Part shown: positions 37,470 to 52,489 of the stretch, one piece after another
Numbering within the stretch: the stretch's first letter is position 1
Layout of the letters: each line of letters begins with the position of its first letter
Assembly (NCBI GenBank): GCA_002269645.1
Contig: NIVC01001106.1
Coordinates: forward strand, 124,001 to 188,000
Direction of reading: 5' to 3'
DNA length: 64,000 bases
DNA from: Macrostomum lignano
Taxonomy: Eukaryota
Notes under the pieces: model-generated
The model's input: the letters and a program-made list of their open reading frames with translations, nothing else
Database searches by the model: none
Told to the model about the DNA's origin: nothing
Program-made: the position numbers and the translations under genes

Positions 37470-38340
37470 ACTAGAAGCGTCACCAACCAGAACCGACACA
37501 AACCAGAAGCGTCACAAACCAGAAGCGTCACAAACCAGAAGCGTCACAGACCAGAAGTGTCACAGACCAGAAGCGTCACAGACCAGAAGCGTCACAGACC
37601 AGAAGCGTCACCAACCAGAAGCCTCACAAAAAAGCGTCACAAACCAGAAGCTTCACAGACCAGAAGCGTCACCAACCAGAAGCCTCACAAACCAGAAGCC
37701 TCACAAACCAGAAGCGTCACAAACCAGAAGCGTCACAGACCAGAAGCGTCACCAACCAGAAGCGTCACAAACCAGAAGCGTCACAAACCAGAAGCCTCAC
37801 AAGCCAGAAGCGACAGAAACTTGAAGCGTCACAAACCAGAAGCGTCACAGACCAGAAGCCTCACAAGCCAGAAGCGACAGAAACTTGAAGCGTCACAAAC
37901 CAGACGCTTCACAAACCAGAAGCCTCACAAACCAGAAGCCTCACAAACCAGAAGCGTCACAAACCAGAAGCGTCACAAACCAGAAGCGTCACAGACCAGA
38001 AGCGTCACAAACCAGAAGCGTCACAAACCAGAAGCGTCACAAACCAGAAGCGTCACAAACCAGAAGCGTCACAAACCAGAAGCGTCACAAACCAGAAGCG
38101 TCACAGACCAGAAGCGTCACAAACCAGAAGCCTCACAAACCAGAAGCCTCACAAACCAGAAGCGTCACAAACCAGAAGCCTCACAAACCAGAATCCTCAC
38201 AAACCAGAAGCCTCACAAACCAGAAGCCTCACAAACCAGAAGCCTCACAAACCAGAGGCATCACAAACCAGAAGCGTCACAGACCAGAAGCCTCACAAGC
38301 CAGAAGCGACAGAAACTTGAAGCGTCACCAACCAGAATCA
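37470..38340 (+). repeat. Minisatellite, 16-nt AAACCAGAAGC(G/C)TCAC
   Basis: Fills an ASPP intron almost completely. Confidence 0.95.
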
Positions 38341-38346
38341 CCTCAC

Positions 38347-38777
38347 CTGTGCATAGCATCCAATTTGGCAGCCAGAGCCGCCATCTCCTCCTGCCGGGCC
38401 TGGCACTCGGCCCTGGCAGCCGCCAGTTCGCGGCCCAGCTGGGCGTTGGCGTGCCGATAGTGCGCCAGCTGCTGCCGGATGCTCCGCTGACGACGCAGCC
38501 GTTCAGCTTGGGCGTCCACGCTGGCAGCCAACTGTTGAAGATGCCGACGGCGCTGTCGAGGATCTCCGCCGGAGCCACCGCCGGAGCTGCTGACAGCGGC
38601 AGCGGCGGCGGCCGCCGCCCAGCCGGCCAGCTCGGTCATCTGGGCCTCGCGTTGGCGCAGCGTGTGCAGCTGCTCGTCGATGTGCGCCTGCTGGCGGCGG
38701 CAATGTCGCGCAGTTCGGCGATGCTCAGCTGCTGCTGCTGCGCCTCGTCGCTCATCGCGCTGAATTCTTGTTGCTGC
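38347..38777 (-). CDS. ASPP: ASPP coiled-coil exon with an apparent 1-nt frameshift
   Basis: LSIAELRDIAA / QQAHIDEQLHTLRQREAQ resembles ASPP LTLAELQEMASRQQQQIEAQQQLL, but the two halves lie in different frames; donor cacag|gtgagg. The 5' boundary is uncertain (38777 or 38880). Confidence 0.75.
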
Positions 38778-38904
38778 CTGTTGATTTGTATTTTAGTTCG
38801 AGTGTTGCTTATGATCGCTGCTGGCTGTGAGCGCCACCGCTACAGCAGCTGCAGGCGTTCGGCCTGGCGTCTGACGGCTGCTGAAATGCGGTGCGATTTG
38901 TTGA

Positions 38905-38905
38905 C

Positions 38906-38949
<44 letters not shown>

Positions 38950-39090
38950 GATTGATTGATTGGTTGGTGATTGATGGATGGATGGACTGATTGATGGATG
39001 GATTGATTGATCGATTAACTGATTGGTTGATCGATTGATTGACTAATTAACTACTTGATCAGTTGATAGATTGATTCGCTGACTGACTGA
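38905..39090 (+). repeat. Degenerating (GATT)n
   Basis: Direct reading. Confidence 0.9.
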
Positions 39091-39704
39091 TTTGTTTATT
39101 CTTAATTTTCACAATTGAATAATAAACAAATATTCACAGGACTGCGGGCACCCTGGTGCAACGCCTTCGGCGAACTTGTCCCAGAACCAGCGCTGAGGGC
39201 AACTCTGCACATTTCGCAGACCCCTGAGCACACAGGTGCGCCAATCCTGCACGCGGGCACGCGCTCACACAAGGTGTACAGCGACCCTGACTTTCTAATC
39301 GCCAGGCATGTACAGTCTGTGCCTCATTTCAAATTAATGTGGCCACGCACCGAAGTGGCGTGTCAGTTAGGGCTGCTCAAACTTCTGCTTCCAAAGTTGA
39401 CAGGGGAAGTCTCAGATTTCTGAACCCTGCCAGACAGAATCAGCAGAGAAAGCTGTTGGTGACTAACTAAAACATGGGTACTCTACCTCTCACCCAATCC
39501 CACCCTCAGTGCTGATGCAATTATGTAAGCAGCCGCATAGTCTTTGTGTGTTGCTACCCCAACCAGCCAAGCAGTTCATTAGCTGACAAGACACACACAC
39601 AGGCCGACTGCTAATTGCTAGGGAGGCAGGAGCAAGCAAGAACTTTTTCAAGAGTTGGGGCGTCAAGTTTTTCGAAAAAAACAACAAGTCTGACAGGTCA
39701 TTGC

Positions 39705-40260
39705 CAATGCCAAGGTCATTCCTGCAAGCTCTCTTAGCCAAGGTCATTCCTGCAAGCTCTCTTAGCCAAGGTCATTCCTACAAGCTCTTTTAGCCAAGGT
39801 CATTCCTACAAGCTCTCTTAGCCAAGGTCATTCCTACAAGCTCTCTTAGCCAAGGTCATTCCTGCATGCTCTCTTAGCCAAGGTCATTCCTACATGCTCT
39901 CTTAGCCAAGGTCATTCCTGCAAGCTCTCTTAGCCAAGGTCATTCCTACAAGCTCTCTTAGCCAAGGTCATTCCTGCAAGCTCTCTTAGCCAAGGTCATT
40001 CCTACAAGCTCTCTTAGCCAAGGTCATTCCTGCATGCTCTCTTAGCCAAGGTCATTCCTACAAGCTCTCTTAGCCAAGGTCATTCCTGCATGCTCTCTTA
40101 GCCAAGGTCATTCCTACAAGCTCTCTTAGCCAAGGTCATTCCTGCAAGCTCTCTTAGCCAAGGTCATTCCTACAAGCTCTCTTAGCCAAGGTCATTCCTG
40201 CAAGCTCTCTTAGCCAAGGTCATTCCTACAAGCTCTCTTAGCCAAGGTCATTCCTACAAG
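39705..40260 (+). repeat. Minisatellite, 28-nt AAGGTCATTCCT(G/A)CAAGCTCTCTTAGCC
   Basis: ~20 copies. Confidence 0.95.
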
Positions 40261-41149
40261 CCGTCTTAGTCAATATCACTTCCTGCAAATCACAACTTGA
40301 AATAAAATCATGCAATGAGCTATAAACGAGATATTAAGAGCAATGCAGTGCAACTTACACACAAGAATACGGGGTGATGTACCTGCTGTTTTGAAACTGT
40401 ATCGGCAGGCTCTCTCCTACAACCCAGGAAACTTGTAGTAAGTAACCGCTGCAGGTCACTATAAGTCTCTCCTTGGTGACAGTACAAAAAAATTCCTTCT
40501 CACTTATTCCCGTAGTCGCAGATTACACGCTTGGGCAAGTAGAGCTAGTTCTAACATACATTATATATCTGCATAGTCATGCGGCATTAGCCAAGTGGGC
40601 GGACCTATATTGGGCCAACCACACAGCATCGCGAGCACTCATTCCCCATACGCCCGCCACTTCTGCAAGCCTTGCAGTGCAGTGCAGTGTGTTTGATTCG
40701 CCGAAAGCCTCCCCAACCACCACCACCACCACCACCACCACAAAAAAGCATAAACAACTGCCTTGCTTTGGCTCCGCGCGCTTTTACCATTTACAAACTG
40801 ACTTTACACGCGCAAGACGAAGGACTGCGTGCGTGCTATAGGCTTATATAAGAGCAAAGCGCAAGTGTAACTATCGCTATAAAGACTTAATAGATTAGAG
40901 AAACACACTATACTGTCTGAAGTCTGATGGAAAGCGGGGGTGTGTTGGAAGAGAGGGGGCGATAGAGAGAGAGAGAGATCGCTGAAGTTAAATTGTTCAT
41001 ATCTGATGCATTTTGTGGAAAACTTGTTTTAATTAAGAAATTATATGAGCCAGTATTAAGAAATTAATTAAGAAATTATTCTGTAACAGTCAAGATAAAT
41101 ATTTAATTGATTATAATATGAAAATGATACATGGGTCGGAGAGAGTAGA

Positions 41150-42735
41150 TAGACGGTGAGAGATGGAAGGGATAGACAGTGAGAGATGAAGGGATAGACA
41201 GTGAGAGATGGAAGGAATAGACAGTGAGAGATGGAAGGGATAGACAGTGAGAGATGGAAGGAATAGACAGTGAGAGATGGAAGGGATAGACAGTGAGAGA
41301 TGGAAGGGATAGACAGTGAGAGATGGAAGGAATACAGTGAGAGATGGAAGGGATAGACAGTGAGAGATGGAAGGGATAGACAGTGAGAGATGGAAGGGAT
41401 AGACAGTGAGAGATGGAAGGAATACAGTGAGAGATGGAAGGGATAGACAGTGAGAGATGGAAGGGATAGACAGTGAGAGATGGAAGGGATAGACAGTGAG
41501 AGATGGAAGGGATAGACAGTGAGAGATGGAAGGGATAGACAGTGAGAGATGGAAGGAATAGACAGTGAGAGATGGAAGGGATAGACAGTGAGAGATGGAA
41601 GGGATAGACAGTGAGAGATGGAAGGAATACAGTGAGAGATGGAAGGGATAGACAGTGAGAGATGGAAGGGATAGACAGTGAGAGATGGAAGGGATAGACA
41701 GTGAGAGATGGAAGGGATAGACAGTGAGAGATGGAAGGGATAGACAGTGAGAGATGGAAGGGATAGACAGTGAGAGATGGAAGGGATAGACAGTGAGAGA
41801 TGGAAGGGATAGACAGTGAGAGATGGAAGGGATAGACAGTGAGAGATGGAAGGGAGAGACAGTGAGAGATGGAAGGGATAGACAGTGAGAGATGGAAGGG
41901 ACAGACAGTGAGAAATGGAAGGGATAGACAGTGAGAGATGGAAGGGAGAGACAGTGAGAGATGGAAGGGATAGACAGTGAGAGATGGAAGGGACAGACAG
42001 TGAGAGATGGAAGGGATAGACAGTGAGAGATGGAAGGGACAGAAAGTGAGAGATGGAAGGGATAGACAGTGAGAGATGGAAGGGATAGACAGTGGGAGAT
42101 AGAAGGGATAGACAGTGAGAGATGGAAGGGAGAGACAGTGAGAGATGGAAGGGAGAGACAGTGAGAGATGGAAGGGATAGACAGTGAGAGATGGAAGGGA
42201 GAGACAGTGAGAGATGGAAGGGATAGACAGTGAGAGATGGAAGGGACAGACAGTGAGAGATGGAAGGGATAGACAGTGAGAAATGGAAGGGATAGACAGT
42301 GAGAGATGGAAGGGAGAGACAGTGAGAGATGGAAGGGATAGACAGTGAGAGATGGAAGGGACAGACAGTGAGAGATGGAAGGGATAGACAGTGAGAGATG
42401 GAAGGGAGAGACAGTGAGAGATGGAAGGGAGAGACAGTGAGAGATGGGAGAGACAGTGAGAGATGGAAGGGAGAGACAGTGAGAGATGGAAGGGATAGAC
42501 AGTGAGAGATGGGAGAGACAGTGAGAAATGGAAGGGATAGACAGTGAGAGATGGAAGGGAGAGACAGTGAGAGATGGAAGGGATAGACAGTGAGAGATGG
42601 GAGAGACAGTGAGAAATGGAAGGGATAGACAGTGAGAGATGGAAGGGAGAGACAGTGAGAGATGGAAGGGAGAGACAGTGAGAGATGGGAGAGACAGTGA
42701 GAGATGGAAGGGATAGACAGTGAGAGTTGGAAGGG
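41150..42735 (+). repeat. Minisatellite, 23-nt GACAGTGAGAGATGGAAGGGATA
   Basis: ~70 copies. Confidence 0.97.
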
Positions 42736-43309
42736 AGGCCAGATACAGATAAGTAAATTCGAACAATGAGTCAAAGGATTAGCAAAAGTACATAAAACAT
42801 AAAATACAAGACAGCGGTGCAGATTGTCCGCTGCAGCAAATTTCGGGTTGAGAACAGAAATGAGAGCAGAGCATGTCTCACATTTCCGTAAAAGCTACAA
42901 AATTGCCACAAAAAGCAAATTAACCAATGCAGGTAAAAGACGGTCTCCTTGCAGCACAATTGCGCAGCTTTTATCGGCAATAAAATTCATTTAAGTTGGC
43001 TACTTAAATGAAGGCTTAAGAAAAAGCTATAACTACTTCAGTAAATACTTATGGCTAAGAAAATTAGCGATTAATTATATGCCTTTATTTTGGTTCGTGT
43101 TAAAAATTAATAGCCGTTAGATCAAGTGCATTAGTACGAGAATTATAATCTCTACAATAAAATATTTAGGATTTTAGGAACTAAAAGTTGTATACTTGAA
43201 ATTGATGAAGTTGACTATAACTTACGTCAATAATAACGATTACGAGCGTATTATACAATAAAATTAAATACTGAACAAAAACCAAAGAAAAAATTAGGGT
43301 GGGGTCTTT

Positions 43310-44080
43310 TGAAGTTTAGGTTTTATAAAGTTTAGGTCTTCGTTTAGGTAATTATGAAGTTTAGGTCTTGTGAAGTTTGGATCTTGCGAAGTTTAGGTCT
43401 TGTGAAGTTTAGGTCCTGTGAAGTTTAGGTCATGTGAAGTTTAGGTCATGTGAAGTTTAGGTCCTGTGAAGTTTAGGTCTTGTGAAGTTTAGGTCTTGTG
43501 AAGTTTGGATCTTGTGAAGTTTAGGTCTTGTGAAGTTTGGATCTTGTGAAGTTTAGGTAATTATGAAGTTTAGGTCTTGTGAAGTTTGGATCTTGTGAAG
43601 TTTAGGTCTTGTGAAGTTTAGGTCTTGTGAAGTTTAGGTCTTGTGAAGTTTAGGTAATTATGAAGTTTAGGTCTTGTGAAGTTTAGGTAATTATGAAGTT
43701 TAGGTCTTGTGAAGTTTGGATCTTGTGAAGTTTAGGTCTTGTGAAGTTTAGGTCTTGTGAAGTTTAGGTCTTGTGAAGTTTAGGTAATTATGAAGTTTAG
43801 GTCTTGTGAAGTTTAGGTAATTATGAAGTTTAGGTCTTGTGAAGTTTGGATCTTGTGAAGTTTAGGTCTTGTGAAGTTTAGGTAATTATGAAGTTTAGGT
43901 CAGGTGAAGTTTAGGTCTTGTGAAGTTTAGGTCTTGTGAAGTTTGGATCTTATGAAGTTTAGGTCTTGTGAAGTTTGGATCTTGTGAAGTTTAGGTCTTG
44001 TGAAGTTTAGGTCTTGTGAAGTTTGGATCTTGTGAAGTTTAGGTCTTGTGAAGTTTAGGTCTTGTAAAGTTTAGGTCTTA
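43310..44080 (+). repeat. Minisatellite, 16-nt TTGTGAAGTTTAGGTC
   Basis: Same unit as 9190, opposite orientation. Confidence 0.95.
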
Positions 44081-44468
44081 ACAAAGCCAGCAAAATAATT
44101 GTGCTGAGAACTATATAAAAATCTGGTAACGCAAGAGCCGCGGCAGGGAAATCCATGAGTGGGCTAGCAGTAGTAAGAAATATTTCTACTCCCAAGAACA
44201 CCTTAGCAACAGTATAAATAAAACTGGAGCAATAACACGCACTCAAGCGGGAAATCGTTAGGGGAGGAAAGAAACAGAAAAAATAGGAGAAAGCTGTGCG
44301 CTGTTTTACAAGACTTTCACCACTGCAGCTAAGGTTTTTCCACGAGTTTGTAAACCATGTGCTGCATGCACGAAGCTTGCTCATAAAAATTGAATTGTTT
44401 AATTTGGCGAAGGAGGGGCGTATAGAGACCTGCCTCTCAAGCTATGAAGGCATTTGGTTGGTAAATTG

Positions 44469-44548
44469 GGGCTGAGCAAGCTCACTGGTAAACGCGTTCT
44501 GACTGACTCTCGCGCCACGGTCACTGGTTCGATTCCGTGCGCGGCCGC
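44469..44548 (+). mobile_element. tRNA-like SINE head or tRNA pseudogene
   Basis: A-box-like AGCTCACTGGTA, B-box GGTTCGATTCC, partial acceptor-stem pairing; no clean anticodon arm. Confidence 0.45.
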
Positions 44549-44607
44549 ATTCAGTTGGGGCATTTTGTGTGCCAGAAAATTTGCCGGGATTTTGTCGTGC
44601 GATTTCA

Positions 44608-46797
<2,190 letters not shown>

Positions 46798-47571
46798 CTA
46801 TTCCTATAAAAATAATGAGTACTTGAGCACTTCAAGGGAACATTTGCTTAAGATATCCTAAAGCACTGAGGGTTCTGTGAAGACAAATAAAATTAAAATT
46901 AAGTCAACCAAATTGCGCCTGTGCGAACGCAATCGCTACATAAACAGTAGGAACAAAGTAAATTTATTCACTTGATCTATAACAGTGAGACATGAGCCAG
47001 AACAGTTAACTTATTACAAATAGCTACTGGTAAATCCAAATCTATCTCGTAAGGTTAGCAGAGAAAAACCAATAAAAGATGTCATTTAAAAAATAAGACG
47101 TCATCTAAAAAAATTAATTAAAAATGCCACGACAACAATTGTTAAAAAGCGACAACAGAAAATGCGCACAACATTCTACTAATAGTGGCAGTAAGTAGTA
47201 CGTTTTCGATTGGAAAAGCTTATTGAGCATCATTTATTGACGAAATAGATATTCCAGCTATAAAGGAAGATGAAAATTCTTTGTCAATAATTCAAGTAGT
47301 TTAGTGGAATTGCGAAACTTGTAATCTACGAGTACTTAAGCGAAATTTTGACACACAGAAAACAAAGAGAAAATTTTAAGAGAAAATTTCGAGTTTTTTG
47401 ACAAATTATTTAATATGCAACAAATCTAATTAGATCAAAGGGGGTTCTGTGCGAACAGGTAGACAGATTTTGGACCAAACTAAAAGATTTTTGTGTGCGT
47501 GACAATGCAGACGGATCACAGACAAACTTTTAGAGTTTAAAAAATATTACATGCTAAGCGGGCATATGATA

Positions 47572-48380
47572 TCTCATGACTCAGAAATCCGAACTCTATC
47601 TCATGACTCAGAAATCCGAACTCAGCTGAGAATCTCATGACTCAGAAATCCGAACTCAGCTGAGAATCTCATGACTCATAAATCCGAACTTAGCTGAGAA
47701 TCTCATGACTCATAAATCCGAACTCAGCTGAGAATCTCATGACTCAAAAATCCGACTCATCTGAGAATCTCATGACTCAAAAATCCGACTCATCTGAGAA
47801 TCTCATGACTCATAAATCCGACTCATCTGAGAATATCATGACTCAGAAATCCGACTCATCTGAGAATCTCATGACTCAAAAATCCGACTCATCTGAGAAT
47901 CTCATGACTCAAAAATCCGACTCATCTGAGAATCTCATGACTCATAAATCCGACTCATCTGAGAATATCATGACTCATAAATCCGACTCATCTGAGAATC
48001 TCGTGACTCATAAATCCGACTCATCTGAGAATATCATGACTCAGAAATCCGACTCATCTGAGAATCTCATGCCTCATAAATCCGACTCATCTGAGAATCT
48101 CATGACTCATAAATCCGACTCATCTGAGAATATCATGACTCATAAATCCGACTCATCTGAGAATCTCATGACTCAAAATCCGACTCATCTGAGAATCTCA
48201 TGACTCATAAATCCGACTCATCTGAGAATCTCATGACTCATAAATCCGACTCATCTGAGAATCTCATGACTCATAAATCCGACTCATCTGAGAATCTCGT
48301 GACTCATAAATCCGACTCATCTGAGAATATCATGACTCAGAAATCCGACTCATCTGAGAATCTCATGACTCAGAAATCCA
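47572..48380 (+). repeat. Minisatellite, 33-nt ATGACTCA(T/G/A)AAATCCGACTCATCTGAGAATCTC
   Basis: ~24 copies. Confidence 0.95.
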
Positions 48381-48461
48381 AGCTCATCTTGAATTCTCAC
48401 ACTAGTGACTCGTGCAGCTGTCAAACTTAGTTTAAAAACTCAAACGGTCTAATAAGCATCA

Positions 48462-48491
48462 TCAGCTCTTGCTCTCACTGTGGCTCCGATG
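48462..48491 (-). CDS. NMNAT: Probable NMNAT last exon (HRSHSESKS*)
   Basis: ttctattccag| acceptor, phase 0, ends TGA. Confidence 0.5.
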   Translation of the reverse strand, partial: HRSHSESKS

Positions 48492-48604
48492 CTGGAATAG
48501 AAAGTTATGAAATACTCTTTTGAAATCTCGCTTGACCAAGCAATGACTGCAGGGAAGTTAGAAAGAGCTTTGTAATCTTCTTGGTACATTTATTAAAGAT
48601 CCTA

Positions 48605-50010
48605 TTATCTTCTCCCCATCTTCCAGCCTCACTCTTCATCTCCCAGCCTCACTCCTCATCTCCCAGCCTCACTCCCCATCTCTCAGTCTCACTCCTCATC
48701 TCCCAGCCGCACTCTTCATCTCTCAGCCTCACTCCCCATCTCCCAGCCTCACTCCCCATCTCTCAGTCTCACTCCTCATCTCCCAGCCTCACTCCTCATC
48801 TCTCAGCCTCACTCCTCATCTCCCAGCCGCACTCCTCATCTCTCAGCCTCACTCCCCATCTCCCAGCCTCACTCCCCATCTCTCAGTCTCACTCCTCATC
48901 TCCCAGCCTCACTCCTCATCTCTCAGCCTCACTCCCCATCTCCCAGCCTCACTCCTCATTTCTCAGTTGCACTCCTCATCTCCCATGCTCACTCCCTATC
49001 TCCCTACCTCACGCCTCATCTCTCAGCCTCACTCCTCATTTCTCAGTTGCACTCCTCATCTCCCAGGCTCACCTTATCTCCCAGCCTCACTCCCCATCTT
49101 CCAGCCTCACTCCTCATCTCCCAGCCTCACTACTCATCTCCCAGCCTCACTCCCCATCTTCCAGCCTCACTCCTCATCTCCCAGCCTCACTCCTCATCTT
49201 CCAGCCTCACTCCTCATCTTCCAGCCTCACTCCTCATCTTCCAGCCGCACTCCTCATCTCTCAGCCTCACTCCCCATCTCCCAGCCTCACTCCTCATTTC
49301 TCAGTTGCACTCCTCATCTCCCATGCTCACCTTATCTTCCAGCCTCACTCCCCATCTTCCAGCCTCACTCCTCATCTCCCAGCCTCACTACTCATCTCCC
49401 AGCCTCACTCCCCATCTTCCAGCCTCACTCCTCATCTCCCAGCCTCACTCCTCATCTCCCAGCCTCACTCCTCATTTCTCAGTTGCACTCCTCATCTCCC
49501 ATGCTCACCTTATCTCCCAGCCTCAATCCCCATCTTCCAGCCTCACTCCTCATCTCCCAGCCTCACTACTCATCTCCCAGCCTCACTCCCCATCTTCCAG
49601 CCTCACTCCCCATCTTCCAGCCTCACTCCTCATCTCCCAGCCTCACTCCTCATCTCCCAGCCTCACTCCCCATCTCTCAGTCTCACTCCTCATCTCCCAG
49701 CCTCACTCCTCATCTCCCAGCCTCACTCCTCATCTCCCAGCCTCACTCCCCATCTTCCAGCCTCACTCCTCATCTTCCAGCCTCACTCCTCATCTCCCAG
49801 CCTCACTCCTCATCTCCCAGCCTCACTCCTCATCTCCCAGCCTCACTCCTCATCTTCCAGCCTCACTCCTCATCTCCCAGCCTCACTCCTCATCTCCCAG
49901 CCTCACTCCTCATCTCCCAGCCTCACTCCTCATCTCCCAGCCTCACTCCCCATCTTCCAGCCTCACTCCTCATCTCCCAGCCTCACTCCTCATCTTCCAG
50001 CCTCACTCCT
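48605..50010 (+). repeat. Minisatellite, 20-nt CTCATCTCCCAGCCTCACTC
   Basis: Fills the last NMNAT intron. Confidence 0.95.
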
Positions 50011-50100
50011 TATCACCCAAATGAAATTTGCATTTTATTTTCCCAGCCAGCCCTCAAAAAGAGCTTAGCTATGAATTTATCAACAACACAGCCAACTTAC

Positions 50101-50443
50101 CCGGACAGGCCCAGACAACGCTGGCAATGCCGCAACACTAGCAGCATCCTGCTGGAGCGATTGCTGGCGATGACGATCATGGCGGCTGTCACCATGCTGC
50201 TGCTGCTGAGGCAGACAGTCGGGCGCGTCGCCGCGTTGATCGTCGACCGCTGCCGACGACAAGAAGACGTGCCGTGTTGAACGGGCGCCGCAGGCGCGGC
50301 ACTCCTTTCGGATGCGGGCGGCCGGCATCGCCGAGCCGGTCATGCGGGTCTGGCAGCCGCGGCTGCACCGCTGAACTGCTGCTGCAGCTGCTGAACTCGA
50401 GACAGCAGCCTCGGCGGCGTCATCAGATGAGACAGACGACTGT
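50101..50443 (-). CDS. NMNAT: Probable NMNAT C-terminal extension exon
   Basis: atcccag|A...CGG|gtaagt; GC-rich, open, and phase-2 entry matches the exon 5 donor; no recognisable domain. Confidence 0.65.
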
Positions 50444-50874
50444 CTGGGATTTGTTGAATTTAGGGGTTCCGGAGCTCGCTAAGATACTTGCAAAAGTAAT
50501 TTTTTTAAGGAATTTCTCAGGCTTTCTAAGAAATTTTGTAGAAGGGTTTCTTAGAAATCAAGGCGTTTTTAAGAGATACCTTAGACAGATGCTAAATAAT
50601 CTAAAACGATGCTATGACCTATAGATAAATTATTTTATGGCATGGAGATTCCAGGAAATGTAAAAAAAACCATGAAAATTCTAGGAAATCCATTGAGATT
50701 CTAACAATTTGAAGACATTCTAACTATTTGGAAAGTTTTTAAAAACTCTAGAAAGATTCTAAGAACCCCCTAGAGAGATTTAAAACAACTAAATGAGAAT
50801 CCAAAGATATTTTAGGAAATATTATCGTAAAAAATCCATATTTTAGAAAAATCGGTGAGATTTTATGAAGTCTA

Positions 50875-52010
50875 AGAATTCTAGGAAAACCAAGGGGATT
50901 CCAGGAAAATCAAGGGGATTCCAGGAAAATCAAGGGGATTCTAGGAAACCAAGGAGATCCTAGGAAAACAAGATTCTATGAAATCAAGGGGATTCTAGGA
51001 AATAAAGGGGATCATAGGAAAACCAAGGGATTCCAGGAAAATCAAGGGGATTCTAGGAAACCAAGGAGATCCTAGGAAAACAAGATTCTATGAAATCAAG
51101 GAGATTCTAGGAAATAAAGGGGATCATAGGAAAACCAAGGGATTCCAGGAAAATCAAGGGGATTCTAGGAAACCAAGGAGATCCTAGGAAAACAAGATTC
51201 TAGGAAATCAAGAAGATTCTAGGAAAACCAAGGGGATTCCAGGAAAATCAAGGGGATTCTAGGAAACCAAGGAGATCCTAGGAAAACAAGATTCTAGGAA
51301 ATCAAGGAGATCCTAGGAAAACCAAGGGGATTCCAGGAAAATCAAGGGGATTCTAGGAAACCAAGGAGATTCTAGGAAACCAAGATTCTATGAAATCAAG
51401 GAGATTCTAGGAAAACCAAGGAGATTCCAGGAAAACCAAGGAGATTCCAGGAAAACCAAGGAGATCCTAGGAAAACCAAGGAGATTCCAGGAAAACCAAG
51501 GAGATCCTAGGAAAACCAAGGAGATTCCAGGAAAACCGAGGAGATTCCAGGAAAACCAAGGAGATTCCAGGAAAACCAAGGGGATTCCAGGAAAACCAAG
51601 GAGATTCCAGGAAAACCAAGGGGATTCCAGGAAAACCAAAGGGATTCTAGGAAATCAAGGAGATTCCAGGAAAACCAAGGGGATTCCAGGAAAACCAAAG
51701 GGATTCTAGGAAATCAAGGAGATTCCAGGAAAACCAAGGGGATTCCAGGAAAACCAAAGGGATTCTAGGAAATCAAGGAGATTCTAGGAAAACAAAGGAC
51801 ATTCTAGGAAAACCAAGGGGATTTTAGGAAAACCAAGGACATTCTAGGAAAACCTAGGACATTTTAGGAAAACCTAGGACATTCTAGGAAAACCAAGGAG
51901 ATTCTAGGAAAAAGCAAGGAGATTCCAGGAAAAAAAACCAAGGGGATTCTAGGAAAACCAAGGGGATTTTTAGGAAAATCAAGGGGATTTTAGGAAAACC
52001 AAACAGACTT
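50875..52010 (+). repeat. Minisatellite, ~20-nt GGAGATTC(C/T)AGGAAAACCAA, with a ~112-nt higher-order repeat
   Basis: NMNAT intron 5. Confidence 0.93.
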
Positions 52011-52489
52011 TAAAGAATTTCACGGATTAAAAAGAAAGAAATTTGTATACAAGTTCCAAAGTAGAACTTTGGACAAACTCTCAAGACAAGCCCCATTCCA
52101 GCTTCATCCTTCATCACATACAAAAATATGAAGGTCTGTAGATCCACCCCGAGGCCATATTAGACTGTAGACTTTAAGCTACATGCATTACATCTTCGCA
52201 AACGCGCGCTGATTAAGTTCTGCTTGCAATATGCAGATTGTAATGTTAGTAGCATATACGAGTATCATCTCTACTAATCCAAAATTGCCTAGGCGTCTCT
52301 AGATCATAACTTCATTTCCCTGGCTCAAGGCTAAGCTAAACATTATCCATTGCTTCTCCTCTCTCACACTTTCTATATTACTTAGTTTCTCTAGAGCATT
52401 CATGACAACTGCTCATTGGCCAAGCCGAACTTCTCAACTAACACTTTTTGCTGCTTTTTGGCAAAAGAAATAACCTTTTTTGGTCTGTC

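Noticed and set aside
37440-38912. 490-aa plus-strand ORF
   Set aside because: It is the 16-nt array plus the antisense shadow of the ASPP exon.
39115-40470. Possible ASPP N-terminal ubiquitin-like exons (fragments such as CERVP and GCRREP)
   Set aside because: Similarity is too short and the splice phases could not be made consistent.
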